A DNA stretch of 64,000 nt from Hyalangium minutum (GTDB taxonomy: Bacteria; Myxococcota; Myxococcia; Myxococcales; Myxococcaceae). The stretch is from NCBI RefSeq assembly GCF_000737315.1, contig NZ_JMCB01000001.1, positions 310,001 through 374,000 on the forward strand. The letters run 5' to 3'. The position numbers and the translations under genes are program-made. Shown piece by piece: positions 1 to 7,410 of the stretch. The notes under the pieces were generated by a model. It did not search any database, had not been told where the DNA came from, and saw only the letters and a program-made list of their open reading frames with translations. Each line of letters opens with the position of its first letter. The stretch's first letter is position 1.

Positions 1-177
1 GTGCCCATGGCGCTCGTCATCATCGGCGGCCTCATCACCTCCACCGTGCTGACGCTGGTGGTGGTGCCGGTGGTGTACTCGCTGCTGGACGGCCTCGCCT
101 CGCGCAAGCGCCACGCCAAGGCCGAGCAGCCCGCCGAGATGCAGCCGGATCCGAGCCCTGTGCCGGGCACCGTCTAG
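1..177 (+). CDS. RND efflux transporter permease (AcrB/AcrD/AcrF family), C-terminal end only; gene starts left of the window
   Basis: Frame 1 reads VPMALVIIGGLITSTVLTLVVVPVVYSLLD...TV*, the conserved last TM helix of AcrB-family proteins. Stop TAG at 175-177; TolC follows. Confidence 0.9.
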   Translation: MPMALVIIGGLITSTVLTLVVVPVVYSLLDGLASRKRHAKAEQPAEMQPDPSPVPGTV

Positions 178-288
178 CCGCCCTCACCTCTCCCGGGGCC
201 CCCACCCCGGTCCGCGCCCGGCGTGCCGCAGCCTCTCGCCGGGCGCTCCGTTCCTCTCTCATTCCCCACACCTCAGGACTTCCCCATT

Positions 289-1791
289 ATGAGCACCCTC
301 TCCCTCATCGCCGGGCTGCTGCTCTCGCAGGCCCCGGCCCAGCTCCCTCCGCGTCCTCCCACCGACGCACCCGTTGCCACCCCCGCTCCGGCCTCGGATC
401 CCGCACCTCGGCTCCCCGTCCTCACCCTGGAGCAGGCGCTGCAGCAGGCAGACCGCCAGAGCCCCGATCTCGAGGTGGCGCGCGCGCGGCTGGCCCAGGC
501 TGACACGTTGTCAGCTCAGGCCTGGTCCGCGTATCTGCCGCAGCTCACCGCCCAGGGCGGCTACACCCGTAACTCGGCCGAAGCGAACCTGACGCTGCCC
601 ACGAGCTACATCGTGCGAGACGTGGGCGCGCCCACGGGCCCCGCGAATGACCCGAGCCGTCCGGTAGGCCCGGACAACCCACCCGGCAGCGCCACCCACT
701 TCGTGGCCGTCGGGGCCGACTACCAGTCCGTCCCCATCCAGAAGAAGGATCAGCTGGGCGGCAGCCTCTCGCTGCGCCAGGGCCTCTTCATCCCCGAGGG
801 TTACGTCGCCATCCGCAACGCCTATCTCGGGGAAAAGCAGGCCGAGCTCAGCGTGAAGGACGCGCGGCGCGCTATCCTCTTCGGCGTGACGCGCGCCTAT
901 CTCGGAGCCGCCTCGCTGCGCGAGGTGCTGGCTGTGCAGGAGCAACTGCTGGAGGTGCGGCGGGGCTTCGAGCGCGATGCCCAGACGCGCTTCTCCGTGG
1001 GCGATGTGCCGAAGCTCGCGGTGCTGCGCGCCACGCTCGACCGCGCGCAAGCCGAGCAGGAGCTCGTGCGCAGCCGCAACGCGTACGCCAACGCGAAGAG
1101 CGCGCTCGCGGCGCTCCTGGCCCGGCCCGTGGACTTCGACGTGCAGACGCCCGAGGAACAGAAAGCAGCGGAGCAGCAGGCCACGGAGGATGCCGCTCGC
1201 GCCGAGGCGCATGCCCTGGAGGCACGGCTGGACGTGGCCGCCGCGCGCGTAGGGGTGGACCTCGCACGGGGGCAGCGCCGCTCCGTCGCCGCGCGCTACC
1301 TGCCGAACCTTGCCGCCACGGGCAACTACAACCTGAGCAACGCGGGCGGCTTCACCGGCCAGACGAGCAGCTGGAACGTGGGCCTGGGCCTGTCGTGGAC
1401 GCTCTTCGACGGCGGCCTGCGCGAGGCGCAGCTGCGTGAGGCCTCCGGGCGCATCGCCGAGGCAAATGGCTCGCTGCGCGCCGCAGAGGAGAAGGCGCGC
1501 GACGAGGTGCGCCGCGCTCGCAACGGCCTGGAGACGGCGGAGAAAAACCTCTCCACGGCCCAGGAGCAGGTGGCCGTGGCACGCGAGGGTGCGCAGCAGG
1601 TGAAGCGCAGCTTCGAGCTGGGCGCCGCGACCTACCTCGAGGTGTCGGATACCAACTCGGCCCTCTCGCAGGCAGAGCTGGCGGCCGTCGCCGAGTCACT
1701 CAACTTGCGCCTGGCCCGGCTCGAGCTGGAGCGCTCGGTGGGCGATTTCGACCCCGCCCCGGCCGCCCCTGAGACAGAATCGGTGCGCTGA
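289..1791 (+). CDS. TolC-family outer membrane efflux protein
   Basis: Signal peptide MSTLSLIAGLLLSQA, LTLEQALQQA start motif, two outer-membrane-efflux repeats, YLPNL and LSWTLFDGG motifs. ATG 289 preferred over 223. Confidence 0.9.
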   Translation: MSTLSLIAGLLLSQAPAQLPPRPPTDAPVATPAPASDPAPRLPVLTLEQALQQADRQSPDLEVARARLAQADTLSAQAWSAYLPQLTAQGGYTRNSAEANLTLPTSYIVRDVGAPTGPANDPSRPVGPDNPPGSATHFVAVGADYQSVPIQKKDQLGGSLSLRQGLFIPEGYVAIRNAYLGEKQAELSVKDARRAILFGVTRAYLGAASLREVLAVQEQLLEVRRGFERDAQTRFSVGDVPKLAVLRATLDRAQAEQELVRSRNAYANAKSALAALLARPVDFDVQTPEEQKAAEQQATEDAARAEAHALEARLDVAAARVGVDLARGQRRSVAARYLPNLAATGNYNLSNAGGFTGQTSSWNVGLGLSWTLFDGGLREAQLREASGRIAEANGSLRAAEEKARDEVRRARNGLETAEKNLSTAQEQVAVAREGAQQVKRSFELGAATYLEVSDTNSALSQAELAAVAESLNLRLARLELERSVGDFDPAPAAPETESVR

Positions 1792-3149
1792 TGCGTACGG
1801 CGAACGTCAAGAACACGCACGGTTTCGTTCGCCCCACGGAGGGTACGCTCCTCGCGCTCTTCATCGCCTCCCTCCTCTTCATGCCCCGGTCCTCCCGCGC
1901 CGAGACGCCGGAGGAGGAGACGCCAGCGGCGGAGACGAATGCGGAGGAGACACCGGCAGAGGAAACACCGGTGGCTGCAGCGCCCGCGACGCAGTCCCTC
2001 GAGCGCATCGAGGTGACGGGCAACACGCGCACACACCCGGACGTCATCCTGCGCGCGCTGGGCGTGAAGGAAGGCGATCCCGTCTCGCTCGAGGATGTGC
2101 CCGAGCTGCAGCGCCGCCTCCTCAACCTGCGCCTCTTCTCGGAGGCCAACGTGGCGCTGCAGCCGGGCGCCTCCGGCGTGGTGCTGCAGGTGGGGGTGGA
2201 AGAGCGATGGACCCTCCTGCCCGTGCCCTTCTTCACCAGCTCCCAGGGCCGCACGCAGGCGGGCCTCTTCCTGGTGGAGACCAACTTGTTCGGCCGCCAG
2301 AAGATGCTGGTCGCGGGCGGCACCTACTCCAACCGTGGCAGCAACGGTTTCGCGCTCTACCGTGACCCAGGCGTCGGAGACAGCAACTGGACGCTGTCCT
2401 TCTCCACCTTCCTCGGTGCGACGGATCGGGAGAGAGTGCCCGAGGAAACCGTGCTCGACAGCTACCGGGACAATCGCTACGAGGCGAACGCGCTGCTGGG
2501 CTACCAGCTGACGCGCGAACTGAACGTGTCCGGTGGCCTCTTCGGCCGGATCCTGCGCCCCAAGGCTCGGGACGGCTTCGCCACGGAGCCGCCGCCCGCC
2601 CGCGAGGCGTACGGCGTCACGGCGGTGGCCGACTACCAGGGCCAGACGTTCCGCTTCTTCTTCAACGAGGGACTGGCCGCGCGGCTGCAGGTGGACATGG
2701 GGCTGGACTTCACAGGCTCCGCGCCATACCGGCGGGTGCAGGCGATGGCCACCTATACGCACGCGGTGATGAGTGACCACACCCTGAGCCTCACGGGTCA
2801 ATTCGAGCTCTCCCATGGCCACACGCTCCTCGACGCCATCCTTCTCGGCGGGCGCACGGGGAGCCGAGGCTTCGTGCAGGGAGGGCTGTGGGCCGAGGAA
2901 GCCGCCACCGTCACGGCCGAGTACCAGCTTCCCTTCTGGAAGCTGAGCTGGGGCGTCCTCACCGCCAACGCCTTCGTGGATGCGGGTGTGGTGGGCTGGC
3001 AGGGAGACTCGCTGACGTACGCGACCCCGGGCGTGGGCATGCGCCTCTACCTGCGCAACGTCGCCCTCCCCGCCCTGGGCATCGACGTGACACGCGGGCC
3101 CACCACCCATGACGTGACGGTCAGCGTCGCGGCCGGAGCCCGCCTGTGA
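1791..3149 (+). CDS. Omp85/BamA-superfamily protein with one POTRA domain and a beta-barrel
   Basis: Signal peptide ending SRA, acidic ETP repeats, POTRA motif IEVTGNTRT...ILR.L...G......E..RRL.NLRLFSE.NV, then amphipathic beta-strands. TGATG overlap with tolC. Confidence 0.75.
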   Translation: MRTANVKNTHGFVRPTEGTLLALFIASLLFMPRSSRAETPEEETPAAETNAEETPAEETPVAAAPATQSLERIEVTGNTRTHPDVILRALGVKEGDPVSLEDVPELQRRLLNLRLFSEANVALQPGASGVVLQVGVEERWTLLPVPFFTSSQGRTQAGLFLVETNLFGRQKMLVAGGTYSNRGSNGFALYRDPGVGDSNWTLSFSTFLGATDRERVPEETVLDSYRDNRYEANALLGYQLTRELNVSGGLFGRILRPKARDGFATEPPPAREAYGVTAVADYQGQTFRFFFNEGLAARLQVDMGLDFTGSAPYRRVQAMATYTHAVMSDHTLSLTGQFELSHGHTLLDAILLGGRTGSRGFVQGGLWAEEAATVTAEYQLPFWKLSWGVLTANAFVDAGVVGWQGDSLTYATPGVGMRLYLRNVALPALGIDVTRGPTTHDVTVSVAAGARL

Positions 3150-5449
3150 AGCGCCTGGGCCTGAAGAGGCGGAAGCCGCACGGTGGTGGGCACCGCCGCG
3201 CCGTGCTCGCAGCGGTCCTCCTCGTCACGGGCGTGGCTCAGGCCGGTGCCGCCGGGCCGTCGACGCCTACGGCGAGTCCCCATGCGTCCACCCACGCCCT
3301 CACCGTCAGCGGAGGGGTGTCGCTGGGCGCCTACGAGGCGGGCTTCCTCGCGTACGCCACCGCCGCCGCGCGCGTACACGGAGTGGAGCACGTCGGGCTG
3401 CTGACGGGCACCTCGGCCGGCAGCCTCAATGTGCTGCTGGCCGTGCTCTCCGCGTGCGGCGAGGCGGCGCCTGGGCCCACCCAGTCGATCTTCTGGGAGA
3501 CGTGGATTCCCGTCGGCTTCGACCGCCTCTTCGTCCCCGAGGACGTGACGCCCTTGGGCGCCTTCTCTCGCGGCTGGCTCAAGGCCCAAGCGAGCCGCAT
3601 CGAGGAGGCGTGGAACCACGGCCTCACCCCAAGCTGCGACGTGGTGCTGGGCGTGTCCGCCACCCGCGTGGAGCCGCGCCTCATGCACGCGGCGGGCGGG
3701 CGTCTGGCGCTGCCGCGCATCGAGGAGAAGTTCGCCCTGCGCATCCAGGGCCGCGGGTGGGGGCGGCCGCCGCGCGTGACGAACTACACGGCCCTGGGCA
3801 GTGCGCGCCGCGAACCGTTGCTCGTCACAGACGGACAGGGAGAGGTGGCCTTCGCGCAGGTGCGCGATCTCATCTTCGCGTCGATGGCCTTCCCGGTGGC
3901 CTTCGCCCCCCAGCCGCTCGCCACGTGCGAGGCAGGCGCGACAGCCCGCCCCGGCGTGTGCCTGCCCACCGAGGCGAGCTTGGCGAACTACGTCGACGGC
4001 GGCATCTTCGACAACACGCCCCTCCGGCTCGCCGTGGGGCTGGCGCGCGACGGGCTGGCGCCTGCGCTGGACGGCGGCCCCTCGCGCTGGCGCGACGTGC
4101 CCGAGCCTGGAGCGCGGCGCTCCCCGACGGATGTCGCCTTCACCTTCGTGGACCCCTACGCCACCGAGTACCCATCCTCGCCCAGCCCCCAGCTCCCCAG
4201 CGAGGTGGGCCCGCTGACGCAGCTGCTCGGCGGAGTGGTGTCGGCCTTCGTGAACACAGCGCGCGCCAAGGAGCTTGCCCTCCTCCTCGAGGAAGAACCG
4301 GAGATTGCACAGCACCTGGCCCTGCAGCGCCGGCACTTCCCCGCCGCGAGCGCCCCTCTGGCCGCCTTCTTCGGCTTCTTCGAGACGGGCTTTCGCAGCT
4401 TCGACTTCTACCTGGGCATGTACGACGCGCGGCGCATGCTGGAGGAGGCGGACGCGGCGGGGCTCTGGCGTTTCGAGGTGCCCGCGGAGGTTGGCGCGGG
4501 CTGGGAGCCCTTCGCCTGCATGCGTGCGGTGTATGACGGACAGCCGGGAGCCGAGGCGGCCTGCGCGGGAGAGAGCTTGGCGGACTTCCGCGTGCTGCTC
4601 CAGGTGTCGCTCGACCGGCTCTACACTGTGTGCAGCGCTGCGGGTGCCACACCCGGCCCGCGAGACTGGCGCAACGCGCGCTGCGAGCGTGCGGCGTCAG
4701 GCGAGGTTCCGCCACGCGTGCCCGGGCTTGCGCCAGGTCGATGGCCGGACTGGCGGCAGGGAGCGCACGAGACGGAGCTGGAGCACGTGATGCGGCTGCT
4801 GGGCGCCTATGGCTTCCACTTCCGCGATCTCGGGGCGCCACCGAGGCGTGCGGACCTGGCGCTCCTGCGCATTCGGCAGGCGCTTGGGCGCGCCGTGCAG
4901 CGGCTCGCCGAGGCGCAGCCAGGAGAGAGCGCCGGAGCCGTGCAGTTCGCCGGAAAGCTCGCCGCCGATAGCGTGGCGTATGCGCCCCCGCTCACCGTGG
5001 TGCACCTAACGATGGGCCCCACCCTCACCGAGGTGGGCTTGAGCTCCGGGAGCGAATCCTCGGAGATTCCCCAGGGGCTTCGGCTCACCGGCGCGCTTGG
5101 CCTGCGCGGGCTGCAGCGGGTGTTCTCCTCGGGCGGTGGCGAGCCCTTCGCGGTGGCCGCGGTCGCGGGCCCCGAGTTCCGTCCCCTGGCACTTCAGAGT
5201 CCGCTCGCACAGGCGCGCTTCGCACTGCGCGGCGGCTGGCAGTTCAGCACGAGGGGCTCCGCGAGCGCCGAGGACTGCGCCTCCGAGGGCGTGAGTGCGT
5301 GCTCACGGACGGTAGTCCAGGGGCTCCTCGGGGTGACGCTCTTGGAGCGCCTCCGCGTGCAGCTCGTGGGCGAGTGGTACCCGCCTTTCGAGGGGCACAA
5401 GGGACTGTGGTCCATCGCTCCGGGCATCGGCGTGGAGTTCAGCCCATGA
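3146..5449 (+). CDS. Patatin-like phospholipase, exported, with a long C-terminal extension
   Basis: GGVSLGAYEAG oxyanion motif, GTSAG nucleophile motif, FASMAFP, DGG catalytic Asp motif, signal peptide ending AQA. GTGA overlap with the upstream gene. Confidence 0.85.
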   Translation: MKRLGLKRRKPHGGGHRRAVLAAVLLVTGVAQAGAAGPSTPTASPHASTHALTVSGGVSLGAYEAGFLAYATAAARVHGVEHVGLLTGTSAGSLNVLLAVLSACGEAAPGPTQSIFWETWIPVGFDRLFVPEDVTPLGAFSRGWLKAQASRIEEAWNHGLTPSCDVVLGVSATRVEPRLMHAAGGRLALPRIEEKFALRIQGRGWGRPPRVTNYTALGSARREPLLVTDGQGEVAFAQVRDLIFASMAFPVAFAPQPLATCEAGATARPGVCLPTEASLANYVDGGIFDNTPLRLAVGLARDGLAPALDGGPSRWRDVPEPGARRSPTDVAFTFVDPYATEYPSSPSPQLPSEVGPLTQLLGGVVSAFVNTARAKELALLLEEEPEIAQHLALQRRHFPAASAPLAAFFGFFETGFRSFDFYLGMYDARRMLEEADAAGLWRFEVPAEVGAGWEPFACMRAVYDGQPGAEAACAGESLADFRVLLQVSLDRLYTVCSAAGATPGPRDWRNARCERAASGEVPPRVPGLAPGRWPDWRQGAHETELEHVMRLLGAYGFHFRDLGAPPRRADLALLRIRQALGRAVQRLAEAQPGESAGAVQFAGKLAADSVAYAPPLTVVHLTMGPTLTEVGLSSGSESSEIPQGLRLTGALGLRGLQRVFSSGGGEPFAVAAVAGPEFRPLALQSPLAQARFALRGGWQFSTRGSASAEDCASEGVSACSRTVVQGLLGVTLLERLRVQLVGEWYPPFEGHKGLWSIAPGIGVEFSP

Positions 5450-5460
5450 GCCCTTGTCCT

Positions 5461-6162
5461 TCAGTCCAACCCCACCTTCCCCGGCGCCCAGTACGCCTTG
5501 GCTTTGACGGCCGCGAACTCCACCTTCCGGGCCTTGAGCCCCTGTCGCACGCCCTGGATGGCGGCCGCGCGGCCTGAGAGAACAAGGGGAGCCCCGGGGT
5601 GTGCCTGGAGTGCCTGGACGACCGCGTCGACCAGCGCCTCGCGGTGGGCATCGTTCGACTGCCGGGCGACCAGCGTCACGCCGCTGAAGCTCAGGGCGTC
5701 GAGTGCCGCTTGAGTCTCGCCGGGGCTGGTGACTTCGAGGACGGTCCGTCCGGGCACGCCATTGGCCCGGGCCAGCGCCAGGCTCGTCTCGTCACCGAAG
5801 ACCACGGCCGGGGGAGTACCACCGACGACCAGCGAGCCTCGAGGCCCGAAGACCTGGATCGCCGCTCCGGCGCTGACCGTCTTCGCCCACTGCGTGCCGG
5901 GCCCATCGCCGTGCAGATACGCGAGCAGCTCGGTCTCGCCCGTGCTCGAGTCCCAACGCAACGGCGTGTAGGTCCTCGAGCCAATCCCTGGCAGGAAGAT
6001 CTGAAGCTTGTCTCCAGGGGTCCAGCTCACTTCACGCAAAGCAGGCCCCGAGAGCACCAGCCGGCGGAAGCTACGGCCAATATCTTCTACGCGAGTGACC
6101 GTGGCGTCTCGGAAGAAAAGGCGGCCGATGAGGCCCTGAATGGCGGCAGTGGCGGAAGGCAT
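5461..6162 (-). CDS. Siderophore-interacting protein (FAD-binding, ViuB/FNR-like)
   Basis: RTYT FAD motif, GPGTQWA, GPRGS, FGDETSLA, and the C-terminal KAYWAPG motif. Confidence 0.85.
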   Translation of the reverse strand: MPSATAAIQGLIGRLFFRDATVTRVEDIGRSFRRLVLSGPALREVSWTPGDKLQIFLPGIGSRTYTPLRWDSSTGETELLAYLHGDGPGTQWAKTVSAGAAIQVFGPRGSLVVGGTPPAVVFGDETSLALARANGVPGRTVLEVTSPGETQAALDALSFSGVTLVARQSNDAHREALVDAVVQALQAHPGAPLVLSGRAAAIQGVRQGLKARKVEFAAVKAKAYWAPGKVGLD

Positions 6163-6211
6163 GGCAGTCCATGCTAGCGGGAGAGGCCCTGGCGCGAACG
6201 TGAAGAAACGT

Positions 6212-6251
6212 AAAAGGCCCCGCGCCCCCTTCTTCAGGAACGCGGGGCTCT
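6212..6251 (-). repeat. 40-bp terminator-like hairpin element, copy 1
   Basis: aaaaggccccgcgcccccttcttcaggaacgcggggctct. Stem GCCCCGCG/CGCGGGGC with TTTT after it on the minus strand; 38/40 identical to 16206-16245. Confidence 0.9.
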
Positions 6252-6291
6252 CCTCAAATGGATTGGGCCTTCTCGCCGCATGGCGTCATTG

Positions 6292-6327
6292 TGGAAACGT
6301 TTACACCAGGCGGAGAAAACGTTTACA
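6292..6327. promoter_or_regulatory. Two LacI-family operator-like sites upstream of lacI
   Basis: TGGAAACGTTTACA (6292-6305) and AGAAAACGTTTACA (6314-6327) have the AAACGTTT core typical of LacI/GalR operators; centres are 22 bp apart. Confidence 0.75.
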
Positions 6328-6342
6328 TGCTGGCGGAAGATC

Positions 6343-7410
6343 ATGACCGGAATCTCGCGAGATGGCTCGGAGGCCAGCATCAAGGACGTGGCTCGCAAGG
6401 CCCGCGTCTCCATCGCGTCGGTGTCACGCGTCATGAATGGCCACGCCAACGTGAGCGCAGAGACGCGTGAGCGCGTGCTGGCGGCGGTGCGTTCCCTTCA
6501 CTACGTGCCGCACAGCGGGGCGCGCAGTCTGATCACCCAGCGGACGAACGTCGTCGGCGTCCTGTTCCCCGATCTGCACGGCGAGTTCTTCTCCGAGCTC
6601 ATTCGTGGCATCGATGCCGTGGCGCGCCGGCGGCGCCTGCAGCTCTTGCTGTCGAGCACGCACGGTGATGCGGCGGAGCTCGCCGTCGCGATCCGCACCA
6701 TGCGAGGCAGGGTGGACGGGCTCCTCGTCATGTCGCCGCACGTCGATGCCGCGCTCCTGGACAAGAACCTGCCCAGCGCCCTGCCGATAGTGCTCATCAA
6801 CAGCCCGCTGAATGACGCCCGGCGCTCGACGCTGACCATCGACAGCTACCGCGGGGCACGCGCCATGGTCAGTCATCTGGTCGGGCGCGGTCACCGGCGG
6901 ATAGCGCACGTGGCGGGGCCCACGCTCAACTTCGACGCCCAGGAGCGTCTGCGCGGCTATCTCGATGAGATGGCGTCCTCTCTGCAGCGGGTAGCACCGC
7001 AGGTCCTGCCGGGAGACTTCAGCGAGAAGTCAGGCTACCTCGCCGGGCGACGCCTGGCCGCTCAACCCGACCGCCCCGACGCGGTCTTTGCCGCCAACGA
7101 CGTGATCGCGGTCGGCTGCATGGTCGCCCTCCGAGAGGCGGGCTTGCGCGTCCCCGACCACATCGCCGTGGCTGGGTTCGATGACATCCCGCTCGCCTCG
7201 CTGGTCAGCCCCGCGCTGACCACGGTGCGCGTGCAAATCGCGGAGCTCGGCCGAGCCGCGCTGGAGCAGCTCCTGCTCAGCATCGAGAGCCCGGCGCGAA
7301 CGCGGCCGGTGTCACGCGCTCTGTTGCCCGAGGTTGTGGTTCGCGAGTCCTGCGGCTCCGAGAAGCCGCCCAAACGACGCTCCCGGCGTCAAGCAGCGAG
7401 GTCTCCATGA
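6343..7410 (+). CDS. LacI-family transcriptional regulator
   Basis: SIKDVARKARVSIASVSRVMN helix-turn-helix, YVPHSGARSL hinge, AVFAAND, GFDDI, LTTV. ATG 6343. Confidence 0.95.
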   Translation: MTGISRDGSEASIKDVARKARVSIASVSRVMNGHANVSAETRERVLAAVRSLHYVPHSGARSLITQRTNVVGVLFPDLHGEFFSELIRGIDAVARRRRLQLLLSSTHGDAAELAVAIRTMRGRVDGLLVMSPHVDAALLDKNLPSALPIVLINSPLNDARRSTLTIDSYRGARAMVSHLVGRGHRRIAHVAGPTLNFDAQERLRGYLDEMASSLQRVAPQVLPGDFSEKSGYLAGRRLAAQPDRPDAVFAANDVIAVGCMVALREAGLRVPDHIAVAGFDDIPLASLVSPALTTVRVQIAELGRAALEQLLLSIESPARTRPVSRALLPEVVVRESCGSEKPPKRRSRRQAARSP

